From assembly GCA_000025185.1 (NCBI GenBank), contig CP001848.1, positions 3,570,001-3,602,000 of the forward strand: a stretch of DNA of 32,000 nucleotides, written 5' to 3'. The position numbers and the translations under genes are program-made. Source of the stretch: Pirellula staleyi DSM 6068 (lineage in GTDB: Bacteria > Planctomycetota > Planctomycetia > Pirellulales > Pirellulaceae). Of the stretch, positions 24,094-32,000 are shown one piece after another (the stretch's first letter is position 1; each line of letters opens with the position of its first letter). The notes under the pieces are model-generated. The model was given only the letters and a program-made list of their open reading frames with translations. It did not search any database and was not told where the DNA came from.

Positions 24094-24312
24094 ATGTCGA
24101 TTGCGATTTCTGGAACTCACGCTGCTTCGGCTTCGGAAGTATCGACCACAAGCGCTGTGCCCCGTTCCGTAGAGGTTGCGATGAGCACCCGCGCTCGAAT
24201 TGTGTCGTCCGATGAGCTGCTCGAAGGGAGCCGCGAACTTTGGATCGAGCATCGTGGCGACATGTACCGCCTCAGGCTCACATCGGCTGGCAAGCTCTAC
24301 CTGACCAAGTAA
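24094..24312 (+). CDS. hemP: HemP-family (hemin uptake protein HemP-like) small protein
   Basis: The C-terminal 37 aa, IVSSDELLEGSRELWIEHRGDMYRLRLTSAGKLYLTK, match the HemP pattern (..LL.G..E..I.H.G..Y.LR.T..GKL.LTK). ATG 24094 follows GAAGGA. The internal ATG 24181, which follows GAGG, is an alternative start. Confidence 0.7.
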   Translation: MSIAISGTHAASASEVSTTSAVPRSVEVAMSTRARIVSSDELLEGSRELWIEHRGDMYRLRLTSAGKLYLTK

Positions 24313-24319
24313 CCACGCG

Positions 24320-25525
24320 CTAAAACGCGGCTTGCAAGATGCCGAGCAAATCGGCCTCGCTGGCCGACCGGGGATTGGTCGCCAGCAGCCGCTTCACTTG
24401 AAATGCTTTCGCGGCGAACATCGGCAGCTGCTCGAGTTTTCCACCGAGGTCGCGAATTCGCTGCGGAATGCCAATCGCTTGCTGCATTGCCACCACACGC
24501 TCAATCGCACGGTCGGCAGCCGTTTCGGGGGTCACGCCGCTGGTATCCACACCGAGCCACTCGGCAATTCGAGCCAGATGCATCGTTCGCTCGGGTTTGT
24601 TGAAACGCATCACATGCGGCAGTAGCAGGCCATTGCCCGCCCCATGAGTGCAGTGCAGTTCTCCCCCCAGTGGATACTCGAGTCCATGCACCAGCGCAAC
24701 ACCGGCGTTTGAAAACGCAAGTCCTGCGAGTGTAGCTGCCAGCGCCATACCGCCGCGATGCTCGTGGCTTGCGAGGTTAGCAACCACCGGCTCGAGATGT
24801 TTCCCAACCAGCCGAATCGCTTGCTCGGCCAGGGAGTCGGCCAGGGGGAACGAGCCTTCATAAGCCAAGCGATCGGTGTTCGTTTCGGCCATGTTCGCAA
24901 AGTCGGTGGCCATGAATCCCTCGACCGCATGCGTGAGCGCGTCGATGCCGCTGTCGGCCGAAACTTGCTTGGGGCAGGTATAGGTGAGGACCGGATCGAC
25001 GATCGCCAGCCGAGGACGGAGGTACTGACTCAGCGTGCTGACTTTCATTTTATTGGCGGCGTCGGTAAGAACCGCTGCATGCGAAACTTCGCTCCCTGTG
25101 CCCGCCGTGGTCGGCAAGCAAACGATCGGAAGGACCGGTCCTGGAACGCGATCGAAGCTGAAGTAGTCGACCGGATTGCCGCGATGCTTCAGCAGCAGGG
25201 CGACGATCTTGGCGAGATCCATGTTGCTTCCGCCGCCGAGCCCAATCACAGCATCGACTGGGGACTTGCGCGCGAAATCCACGGCAGCCAGAGCGATTTC
25301 GATAGCAGGCTCGGCGCAGGAATCGGCAAAGACACTCGCCGTGCAACCAGCCGCTGCGAGCGACTGCAGTATCTTGTCGAGAATGCCGACCCGCTCGAGC
25401 ACACGATCGGTGACAACCAGGACGTGATGCCAACCTTCGTAGAGGCAGCATTGGCCGAGCGTTTCAGCCGAGCCAGCGCCGAATTTGATCTGCGCCGGAG
25501 CATGGAAATTCCAGGTTGTACGCAT
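24320..25525 (-). CDS. Iron-containing (group III) alcohol dehydrogenase
   Basis: 401 aa. Fe-ADH motifs: GLGGGSNMDLAKIVA, TTAGTGSEVS, IDALTHAVEGF, and the His cluster HGLEYPLGGELHCTHG. Confidence 0.9.
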   Translation of the reverse strand: MRTTWNFHAPAQIKFGAGSAETLGQCCLYEGWHHVLVVTDRVLERVGILDKILQSLAAAGCTASVFADSCAEPAIEIALAAVDFARKSPVDAVIGLGGGSNMDLAKIVALLLKHRGNPVDYFSFDRVPGPVLPIVCLPTTAGTGSEVSHAAVLTDAANKMKVSTLSQYLRPRLAIVDPVLTYTCPKQVSADSGIDALTHAVEGFMATDFANMAETNTDRLAYEGSFPLADSLAEQAIRLVGKHLEPVVANLASHEHRGGMALAATLAGLAFSNAGVALVHGLEYPLGGELHCTHGAGNGLLLPHVMRFNKPERTMHLARIAEWLGVDTSGVTPETAADRAIERVVAMQQAIGIPQRIRDLGGKLEQLPMFAAKAFQVKRLLATNPRSASEADLLGILQAAF

Positions 25526-25571
25526 CGCGAGTCGCTTGCTTGTCGGGGATAGCGGAGGGGCTCAACGAAAG

Positions 25572-25599
25572 CGAGCGGCTACGAAGTTCGTGCCGCTCG
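25572..25599 (-). terminator. GC-rich hairpin between the 89-aa gene and the ADH gene
   Basis: CGAGCGGC ... GCCGCTCG is an 8-bp outer stem with inner ACGAA/TTCGT pairing. On the minus strand it is followed by GCTTTCGTT, a weak U-tract. Confidence 0.3.
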
Positions 25600-25644
25600 A
25601 CGAGTGAATCTCAAAATTGAAATGGTCGCCAGCAGGGGGCGAAA

Positions 25645-25914
25645 CTAGGCCGATTTGTCCATCAGCTTTTTCAGCAGCGTGGCGACAAGCTCGGGCTTGT
25701 TTTCGCGGCGCAGGTGCTCGATGGTGTCGGGCTTGATCCCCAGTTTGCCGAGGTGGAGCGCCACTGATTCCCAGTGCTTTTCGCGCTTCTTGCCTTCGGT
25801 CAGGTAGAGCTCGGTCACCAGCTCTTGCAACCGCTGCAGGGCAATCGTTTCACGATTGTCGTAGTAGTTGCGAATCACTTTCTGCTGATATTTTGTGTGC
25901 TGCTCAGCCATCAA
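25645..25914 (-). CDS. Hypothetical small helical protein (89 aa)
   Basis: Clean ORF with a lysine/glutamate-rich helical sequence (MMAEQHTKYQQKVIRNYYDNRETIALQRLQELVTELYL...). It lies 74 nt downstream of the Pro/Gly-rich lipoprotein gene on the same strand. No family was recognised. Confidence 0.55.
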   Translation of the reverse strand: MMAEQHTKYQQKVIRNYYDNRETIALQRLQELVTELYLTEGKKREKHWESVALHLGKLGIKPDTIEHLRRENKPELVATLLKKLMDKSA

Positions 25915-25988
25915 AGTTCCTTCTCGAATTTGCTCGTCGCCGACATCGGGCCGTGCCTCAGTTGCACGAATTGCCGAGGCACGAATCC

Positions 25989-27881
25989 TTAGCGGATCAT
26001 CTTCGGCAATCCTGTGGGTACAGGAGGCTGAATCCAGTCGGTAAGCGACATGGCTCGCTCTTCCATCGACGAGGAAGTCTTGAGTAATTCTTCTGCTTTT
26101 TCGTCACCCAGGAGTGTGACAAAAGCTTCGGTCACATCGTTATCGGCAATCAGACCCAGCTTATTGTAAAAACGAATTTCGACGAGCGTTTGCAGCGGAT
26201 TGGCAGGCTTTTTCGCGGCCAGATCTTTCGAACGAGCCAAGGCTCGATCAGCGGTGACACCAGCCGGAAGACTTGTTGGCGTAAGGACTTTGTCAGCGGC
26301 GGTGAAGAATCGCTTGGCTTCATCGCCAATGCTGTCGTCGGTTTTGCTCTTGTTGCGTTCTTCGTAAATCTTGAGGTTATTGATCTGAGCCGACGAAAAA
26401 ATCACCTGATTCGTCGGAACGATGATTGCGCGAAATTTGGTGGTGTTCTGCACGAACTCGACACCGCGCGCTTGACGAATGGTCACTTCGAACACGATCA
26501 GCAGATCGAGTTCCTGTTCTTTCGCTTGCTTGGCGAGATCGGCTGCATCGGCCACACCGAGCCACGAGAGGCCAGGCATGAACGATTTGGCCCCGCCCAG
26601 TTTGGCAGCAGCATCGCCTGGCATCGAGCCGGGATAGCCACCTGGATTCATGCCGGGAGCCATCGCGGGATAGCCTTCGGGCGAACTTCCAGGGGGATAG
26701 CCGGCAGCACCGGGCGGAACTCCACCGGGGAGTCCAGGAATCTTGCTGGGAAGGAGTGCAGCACGCAACGCGCCGCCGAAGCTGCCACTGCGAATGCGCG
26801 ATTCGATGCCAGCCACCACCTGCATCCCGAGATCGCCAGCGTAGTAGTTCAGATTGCTACGGGCATCGGCACCGGGATCGCTGGCTGCTGGTGGGGGTGG
26901 GCCTTGGGGCTGCTGGCCACCACCCTGTTGTCCGCGCCGAATCGTGTTCATTTCAGCCGATTCACCACCGGGACCGGCAGCCGCTTCGACGCGTGGACCG
27001 ACAGCGTAGGGATTTCCGGTGAAACCATTCGGTGGCGTGTAGACGACACCAATGCCCGTTCGGACCATCACCGCGGGACGCATCAATCCACCATACCAGT
27101 GCATATGATTCGGAAGGGCAGCGGCGGCTGATTCGTTCACGAGATAACCGGCCAGCACTTGCCGAGCAGCTTCGCGGTCGTCACCCGCCATGAAAGCGAC
27201 CCGTGCAGCAGTGGGCAACTGTTTCTCAGCCGCCTTCACTTCGGCCAGCTTCCAGACGCCACTCACACCGTCGAGCATCGACGACACCATGCCAAACGGG
27301 CCGCGCATCACCGGCCCTTTGGGCTGACCTGGTTGACCCGGCATAGCTCCCGGTGGGTAGCTTCCTTCGGGCATGCTTCCAGGAGGATAAGTTCCGTCGG
27401 GGCCCGGGGCGTTCGATCCTGCTCGTTCCGAGCCAGGATTGTAAGGCGTTGGGTTGGCGGTATCGGGGGTAAACGACTGCGTGCCGTCGGGACCGGTGGT
27501 GTTGCTCGGAATGTTGTAGTTTGGGTCTGCGGTGACAGGATCGCCGGTCGAACCAGGGCTGGAGCCAGGACCAGGGGCTGGCACTCCGCCAGGGTTGTTC
27601 ATCGGATCGTACTGCGCCGCCATCGGATCGGTGCTGCTACCCGAGCCTCGTTCGCCCGGTGGCGAGCCTGGACTGCCGGGGTTCATCCCTTCGCTCGAGG
27701 GTGGTGGAGTGGGAGCAGCAGGTGCGCTCGGGGGACCTGGCGGTCCCGGTGGAGCAGGGGGAGCTGAACTCGAAACGTTCGATGCCACAGGAGCAGCCGA
27801 GCCCCCATCGCCGCCGCATCCCGTGAGGGTCAGCGACACGCCGAGAGCGAGGACGAGAACAACAGAAACCACACGAATCAT
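25989..27881 (-). CDS. Large lipoprotein with extended Pro/Gly-rich low-complexity regions
   Basis: ATG 27881 gives MIRVVSVVLVLALGVSLTLTGC (lipobox LTGC). About 170 aa of P/G/S-rich sequence follow. A repeated motif occurs at two places: YPPGSMPEGSYPPGAMPG (nt 27336-27389) and YPPGSSPEGYPAMAPG (nt 26652-26699). The two non-repetitive regions have no family I recognise. Confidence 0.7.
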   Translation of the reverse strand: MIRVVSVVLVLALGVSLTLTGCGGDGGSAAPVASNVSSSAPPAPPGPPGPPSAPAAPTPPPSSEGMNPGSPGSPPGERGSGSSTDPMAAQYDPMNNPGGVPAPGPGSSPGSTGDPVTADPNYNIPSNTTGPDGTQSFTPDTANPTPYNPGSERAGSNAPGPDGTYPPGSMPEGSYPPGAMPGQPGQPKGPVMRGPFGMVSSMLDGVSGVWKLAEVKAAEKQLPTAARVAFMAGDDREAARQVLAGYLVNESAAAALPNHMHWYGGLMRPAVMVRTGIGVVYTPPNGFTGNPYAVGPRVEAAAGPGGESAEMNTIRRGQQGGGQQPQGPPPPAASDPGADARSNLNYYAGDLGMQVVAGIESRIRSGSFGGALRAALLPSKIPGLPGGVPPGAAGYPPGSSPEGYPAMAPGMNPGGYPGSMPGDAAAKLGGAKSFMPGLSWLGVADAADLAKQAKEQELDLLIVFEVTIRQARGVEFVQNTTKFRAIIVPTNQVIFSSAQINNLKIYEERNKSKTDDSIGDEAKRFFTAADKVLTPTSLPAGVTADRALARSKDLAAKKPANPLQTLVEIRFYNKLGLIADNDVTEAFVTLLGDEKAEELLKTSSSMEERAMSLTDWIQPPVPTGLPKMIR

Positions 27882-28072
27882 GAGAGGGGCTCCGCCAAAC
27901 GAGCGTCGACAAGGACGCTGCATCCTCCACCTGGGTTGCAGCGAGCCTTTATCGTAGCGACCTGCCGCGCCGACTGTCGCATGATTTTTCCGAAAAACAT
28001 CTGGTGTCCACGCAACTTAGAGCAGATCTCACTCAGCAGCGAGCGATTGCATATGCGTGATGCAGATTCGAC

Positions 28073-28888
28073 CTACGGATTCACGGCTGGTGCACCAGCG
28101 GCGGGAGCTGGCGCAGCACCACCAGGAGCACCTGCAGCTGGGGCTGCCCCACCAGCAGCAGGTGCAGCGGGAGCTGCCGGAGCAGGTGGCGCCGCAGCGG
28201 CTGCTTCGAAAGTACCCAGTGCCATGCGAGCGTTTTGGAACAGCTGATACTTGGCAGCTTGATCCTTGGGGGCACGAAAGGCCACGATGCCGACGAAATT
28301 CGGCGAATCGATCAGGTAGATGTCGATTTGACCTTCCAGTTTTTGCACCGGAAGCTGCGACTGAGCTCCATCGAAATCTTGCGCCCCGAGGGCCGAAAGA
28401 AGCAGCACCGATTTCCCCGCCCCTTGTGGCGATTCGACCGAAACGGGCTGAAACGCACCACCAAACCGGGCCGCAATTTGTTTCTGCAGATCTTCCGGCT
28501 TGATCGACGCTTTGGAAACCGCCCCGATGTAGCAGTAGGCCGGAGCAAACTTCCCCGCTTGATCGTCGAGCATCCGCTCCATGGCATAGCTCAGTCCGGG
28601 AAGCGGACCTTGTGGCGGATTCGAACGATTGTTGGTCGCCGGCAGCGACTGCGATTCGTTGTCGAATAATTTGGGAATTCGCAAGCTGATTCCGGTCGCC
28701 GCCGCATCCCCGGCGCCGTTCACCGCCGTCATCGCCCCATGCAGCACCTGATCGAACTGCCCACGCCGACCCGCCTGCGCCATCGACACCTTCATCCGTT
28801 CGTTATACGTCCCGGTGCCACAGCCACTTGCCATGGTAAGCGACAGGAGAAACGCCAGCAGCGCGACACGTTGTGTCAATGTTTTCAT
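28073..28888 (-). CDS. Lipoprotein with Ala/Pro/Gly-rich C-terminal tail
   Basis: ATG 28888 gives MKTLTQRVALLAFLLSLTMASGC (lipobox ASGC). A ~230-aa non-repetitive region is followed by the tail AAAAAPPAPAAPAAPAAGGAAPAAGAPGGAAPAPAAGAPAVNP (nt ~28076-28200). Confidence 0.7.
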   Translation of the reverse strand: MKTLTQRVALLAFLLSLTMASGCGTGTYNERMKVSMAQAGRRGQFDQVLHGAMTAVNGAGDAAATGISLRIPKLFDNESQSLPATNNRSNPPQGPLPGLSYAMERMLDDQAGKFAPAYCYIGAVSKASIKPEDLQKQIAARFGGAFQPVSVESPQGAGKSVLLLSALGAQDFDGAQSQLPVQKLEGQIDIYLIDSPNFVGIVAFRAPKDQAAKYQLFQNARMALGTFEAAAAAPPAPAAPAAPAAGGAAPAAGAPGGAAPAPAAGAPAVNP

Positions 28889-29019
28889 GGAAGTGCGCAA
28901 GCTTCTGAGGAAGAGGTCGATCAATGGTAATTTGGGTCCTAATTACTGACTCCAAAAGTATACCATCGACGAAATCGGTGCGAGAGATAGCTAAACGCTA
29001 AACTGCCGTGCGGAGCGAC

Positions 29020-30564
29020 CTAGCTAAACACTTGGCGGTCGAGCATGCGGTAGTTGATTGCTTCGTGCAGATGGTGGGGCTCGATCGAGGAACAGCCTTC
29101 GAGATCGGCAATCGTGCGGCCGACGCGCAAAATCTTGTCGTGAGCCCGGGCCGATAAACCGAGTTCCTGCACGCTGCTGCTGAGCAGCTGTTGTCCCTCG
29201 CGCGAAAGTTTGCAAAACGCCCGAACCTGTCGGCTGTTCATCTGGGCGTTGTAGCGCGTGGTGGTTGTGCTGGTCGAAAATCGCTGCGATTGTGTCGCTC
29301 GCGCACGCTCCACTTCCTCGCGCATCGCGGCACTGCTCGTCCCCGCTGTTTCGGCCGAGAGCTCTTTGTACGGAACCGCCGGCACTTCAATCTGAATATC
29401 AATCCGGTCGAGCAGGGGACCCGAAATTTTCGACATGTACCGCTCGATCTGTGGCACACTGCAATGGCACTGACGGCGCGGATCGTTGCGATAGCCGCAC
29501 GGGCACGGATTGAGCGCCGCCACGAGCATGAAACTCGCGGGAAAGGTGGTCGAACCATGGGCCCGCGATATCGTGACCTGATGATCTTCGAGCGGCTGTC
29601 GCAGCACTTCGAGCGTGCGCCGGTTGAACTCCGGTAGCTCGTCGAGAAACAACACGCCGTGATGCGACAAACTTATCTCGCCCGGTGTGGGCGGGTTGCC
29701 ACCACCCACCAGCCCCGCATCGGAGATGGTGTGATGGGGCGAGCGAAATGGTCGCTGCACCAGCAGAGGCTGTCCCGCCGACAGACGTCCAAGCGAGCTG
29801 TAGATCCGCGTGGTCGCAATCGATTCGGCTGGCAACAGTGGGGGCAAAATCGTCGGCATCCGCCGCGCCAGCATCGATTTTCCACTCCCAGGCGGCCCAA
29901 GCATCAGCAGATTGTGGCTTCCTGCGGCGGCGATGGTGATAGCTCGCTTTGACATTTCCTGACCGCGAACGTCGGCGAAATCTTCTTCGTATTTCGAATA
30001 GTTTTGAAAGATCTCGGCCACCTTCGAGGGCATCGGATCGATGTTCAGCTGACCCGAAAAAAACGCCACCGCCTCGGCCAAACTGCTCACCGGAATGATT
30101 TCGAGCGATTCGACCACCGCAGCTTCGGCGGCGTTTTCGCGCGGGACTACCATGCCGACCAGATTTTTGTGTTTGGCCGCCTCAATCGCCATCGAGAGCG
30201 CTCCCTTTACGGGACGCGCAGCACCATCGAGCGCCAGTTCGCCAATCGCCGCATAACGGGCCAGTTTGTCCGACTGCATCTGACCACTCGCCACCAGCAG
30301 GCCGATGGTCATCGGCAGGTCGAACGAAGCTGCCTGCTTGGGAAGTTCTGCCGGGGCGAGATTGATCACCACCCGGTCGTTCGGCGGAATGAAGCCGCTG
30401 TTGGCTATGGCGCGGGCCACACGATGCGTACTTTCGCGAACTGCGGCCTCCGGCAGACCGACGAGCAACGTCTTGGGGAGAGCGCCCGCTGAGATATCGA
30501 CCTCCACCTCGACCGGCACGGCGTCGATGCCCAGTAGAGAAAACGTTTGAAGTTTGGCGAGCAT
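29020..30564 (-). CDS. comM: YifB/ComM-family Mg-chelatase-like AAA+ ATPase
   Basis: N-terminal Lon-like domain (MLAKLQTFSLLGIDAVPVEVEVD...), Walker A GPPGSGKSMLARRM, Walker B VLFLDELPEF, and the Mg-chelatase C-terminal domain (...ARAHDKILRVGRTIADLEG...). ATG 30564 is preferred over upstream in-frame ATGs at 30603 and 30630. Confidence 0.9.
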   Translation of the reverse strand: MLAKLQTFSLLGIDAVPVEVEVDISAGALPKTLLVGLPEAAVRESTHRVARAIANSGFIPPNDRVVINLAPAELPKQAASFDLPMTIGLLVASGQMQSDKLARYAAIGELALDGAARPVKGALSMAIEAAKHKNLVGMVVPRENAAEAAVVESLEIIPVSSLAEAVAFFSGQLNIDPMPSKVAEIFQNYSKYEEDFADVRGQEMSKRAITIAAAGSHNLLMLGPPGSGKSMLARRMPTILPPLLPAESIATTRIYSSLGRLSAGQPLLVQRPFRSPHHTISDAGLVGGGNPPTPGEISLSHHGVLFLDELPEFNRRTLEVLRQPLEDHQVTISRAHGSTTFPASFMLVAALNPCPCGYRNDPRRQCHCSVPQIERYMSKISGPLLDRIDIQIEVPAVPYKELSAETAGTSSAAMREEVERARATQSQRFSTSTTTTRYNAQMNSRQVRAFCKLSREGQQLLSSSVQELGLSARAHDKILRVGRTIADLEGCSSIEPHHLHEAINYRMLDRQVFS

Positions 30565-30884
30565 TCGATCCCCGTAAAGATGGGTGGTGGATTCGACGCT
30601 CATTCTGGTGGTGTCTGGTAGCGCTCGCAAGGGTAAATGAGAAAAAACGCCTCTCGCGAAAATCCCGGGTCAGGGTGGCGCGTTTGGGGAGGGGTTCGAA
30701 AGGATCGATCAAAAAAGCTTGATCCTCGCGCGAGAACGTCTACACTTGCCGCCACCCCTTTAGAAAGTTTCGTACGCATGATCGCGAACCGAAGCTCTCT
30801 CCCACCGATCGATCGCGGCCAGTTAGCAATGAAAGCGATCTGCCGTTGAAAACTACAACGCCAACTTCGAAAACGCCTGCGCCG

Positions 30885-31187
30885 ATGGCGCGCGAGGAAG
30901 ATCCGCTGCTGATCAACGCGCGGCGCGAAGCGCTGCTGGTGCTCGCCACGTGGATCATCGCCGGCACGTTCAGCGTGTCGTACTGCTACCTCTACGGCTA
31001 CGGACTCACCCCCGAGCAGTTGCATTTCACGCTCGGTTTTCCGTCGTGGATTCTCTATGGCGTGGTGATCCCTTGGGTCACATGGGCGATCCTCTCGTTT
31101 GTGATTTCGACTTTCGTGATGCAGGGAGATGCACTCGGAGCCGAAGCTGGCGATTCACTTGCGGGTGAGGATTTCGATGAACTGTAA
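30885..31187 (+). CDS. YhdT-like (DUF997) small membrane protein
   Basis: Two TM helices and the pattern NARREALLVL...LGFPSW..., similar to E. coli YhdT (AHKEARWALGL...GFPRW). The stop overlaps the following symporter gene by 11 nt, as in yhdT-panF. The track start (30846) is TTG; ATG 30885 is preferred. Confidence 0.6.
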   Translation: MAREEDPLLINARREALLVLATWIIAGTFSVSYCYLYGYGLTPEQLHFTLGFPSWILYGVVIPWVTWAILSFVISTFVMQGDALGAEAGDSLAGEDFDEL

Positions 31188-32000
31188 GCTTCCGATCATC
31201 GCGCTACTGGCCGAAGTCGACGCCTCTCCCAAGACCGGTTTGGGGATGGTCTTCGCCCTGCTGCTGTTCATTGCAGCCTCCGTTTGGCTCGGCACACTGG
31301 CCCAGCGCGTGGTTCGCCGCAGCACGTTTGTGAAAGGCTTTTTCCTCGGCAATCGAGGACTCGGCGCTTGGGCCATCGCCCTCACAGCCACCGTGCAAAG
31401 TGGTGGCACGTTCATGGGCTTTCCCTCGCTCGTCTACACGCATGGCTGGATCGTGGCGCTCTGGATTGGCAGCTATATGGTGGTGCCAATCACCGGCTTC
31501 GGCCTGATTGGGAAGAGAATCGCGCAGCTGTCGCGGCGGACCGGCGCAGTGACGATGCCCGAACTTTTCCGCGAGCGTTTCGATAGCCCTGTGCTTGGGC
31601 TCATCGCGTCGCTGATGATCATCAGCTTCATGTCGATCATGATGGTGGCCCAGTTCAAAGCGGGTGCCGTTGTGATGAAGCACGCATGGCCCGGCAGCGA
31701 TATTGCCTCGATGGGGGAATCGGAAACAACTTCCGATGTCGATTCACGATTTCTGATCGGCCTGGCTGTCTTTGCAATCACGGTGGTGGGCTACACGCTG
31801 ATTGGCGGCTTTCTTGCAGCGGTTTGGACCGATTTGTTTCAAAGCGTAATGATGTTCCTGGGGGTCGTGCTGCTCCTATTCCTGGCGATTAACGCGGCAG
31901 GTGGGCTCGAAAACGCAACGCGCAACGCGGTGGCTGCCACCGACATCACCTATGCCAGTGGCCCCGGCTATGCGCCCGATGGTCGTCAGTTTTTGCCCCT
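31177..32000 (+). CDS. Sodium:solute symporter family protein, PanF-like (5' part; continues beyond the window)
   Basis: Not in the ORF track because it has no stop within the window. I translated it manually from ATG 31177, which is preceded by GGTGAGGA, and found it open to nt 32000. SSF pattern: FFLGNRGLGAWAIALTATVQSGGTFMGFPSLVYTHGW...GKRIAQLSRRTGAVTMPELFRERF. Confidence 0.8.
   Translation, partial: MNCKLPIIALLAEVDASPKTGLGMVFALLLFIAASVWLGTLAQRVVRRSTFVKGFFLGNRGLGAWAIALTATVQSGGTFMGFPSLVYTHGWIVALWIGSYMVVPITGFGLIGKRIAQLSRRTGAVTMPELFRERFDSPVLGLIASLMIISFMSIMMVAQFKAGAVVMKHAWPGSDIASMGESETTSDVDSRFLIGLAVFAITVVGYTLIGGFLAAVWTDLFQSVMMFLGVVLLLFLAINAAGGLENATRNAVAATDITYASGPGYAPDGRQFLP

Noticed and set aside
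23838-24215. 125-aa Cys-rich plus-strand ORF upstream of, and overlapping, hemP.
   Set aside because: It overlaps the HemP-like ORF in another frame. HemP has a clear family match whereas this ORF has none. Its Cys richness looks like a frame artefact of GC-rich sequence.
28076-28200. GC-rich, GCAGC/GGAGC-type repetitive DNA, considered as a tandem repeat or variable-number locus.
   Set aside because: The repeats are imperfect and in frame. The tract is fully explained as coding for the Ala/Pro/Gly tail of the lipoprotein at 28073-28888, and I could define no regular period.
28988-29029. Short direct repeats (TA)GCTAAAC, seen three times around the comM stop codon.
   Set aside because: The units are only 7-9 nt and one copy includes the stop codon. 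This is too short to distinguish from chance without a genome-wide count.
30631-30884. Small palindromes in the comM / yhdT divergent region, such as AGGATCGATCAAaaaagcTTGATCCT near 30700-30727.
   Set aside because: The stems are only 6 bp, with competing alternative pairings and no T-tract. Nothing distinguishes them from chance in a promoter region.
1-32000. Search by eye for tRNA/rRNA genes, CRISPR arrays, IS elements, integrases, toxin-antitoxin pairs or known defence genes.
   Set aside because: I found no regularly spaced direct repeats, no GTTCGAATC-type T-arm in a cloverleaf context, and no transposase, integrase or nuclease motifs in any of the listed ORFs. The window appears to be core or accessory chromosome without mobile elements. 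A proper tRNAscan, Infernal or ISfinder run would be needed to be certain.

Overview
High-GC, gene-dense chromosomal segment of about 30 protein genes. I saw no rRNA, tRNA, CRISPR array, transposase or integrase. All family assignments come from motifs recognised by eye; no database search was run. The gene content points to Planctomycetota, Pirellulales-like: two DUF1559/H-X9-DG prepilin-type proteins, many lipoproteins with long Pro/Gly/Ala-rich spacers, an ECF sigma factor next to a Ser/Thr kinase, and weak Shine-Dalgarno usage.

Layout, left to right:
- HlyD adaptor and TolC-like lipoprotein, translationally coupled.
- A gene-poor, more AT-rich gap containing one zinc-ribbon ORF.
- A divergent protoglobin / Rrf2-regulator pair.
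- nagB, a GlpG-type rhomboid protease, a CinA(PncC)-nucleotidyltransferase fusion and an EamA transporter.
- Two small hypothetical genes.
- A tandemly duplicated two-gene cassette (DUF1559 pseudopilin-like protein plus a small lipoprotein), with intrinsic terminators inside and after each copy.
- A same-strand signalling block: membrane-anchored coiled-coil protein, FHA protein, polytopic Ser/Thr kinase, membrane protein, ECF sigma, zinc-finger anti-sigma, HemP.
- On the minus strand: Fe-alcohol dehydrogenase, a small helical protein, two low-complexity lipoproteins and ComM/YifB.
- A yhdT-panF-like pair that runs off the window end.

Observations most worth follow-up:
1. A 375-nt tract is near-identical (6 mismatches) between the two cassette copies and is confined exactly to the mature lipoprotein coding part, while the adjacent DUF1559 genes have clearly diverged. 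This suggests gene conversion.
2. Both cassettes carry hairpin plus T-tract structures between their two genes.
3. The FHA / kinase / ECF sigma / anti-sigma cluster.
4. The protoglobin-Rrf2 pair, with paired TGGA-N8-TCCA inverted repeats in its control region.
5. The PncC-adenylyltransferase-like fusion.

None of these is proven to be a new system; each is a hypothesis with a stated test.
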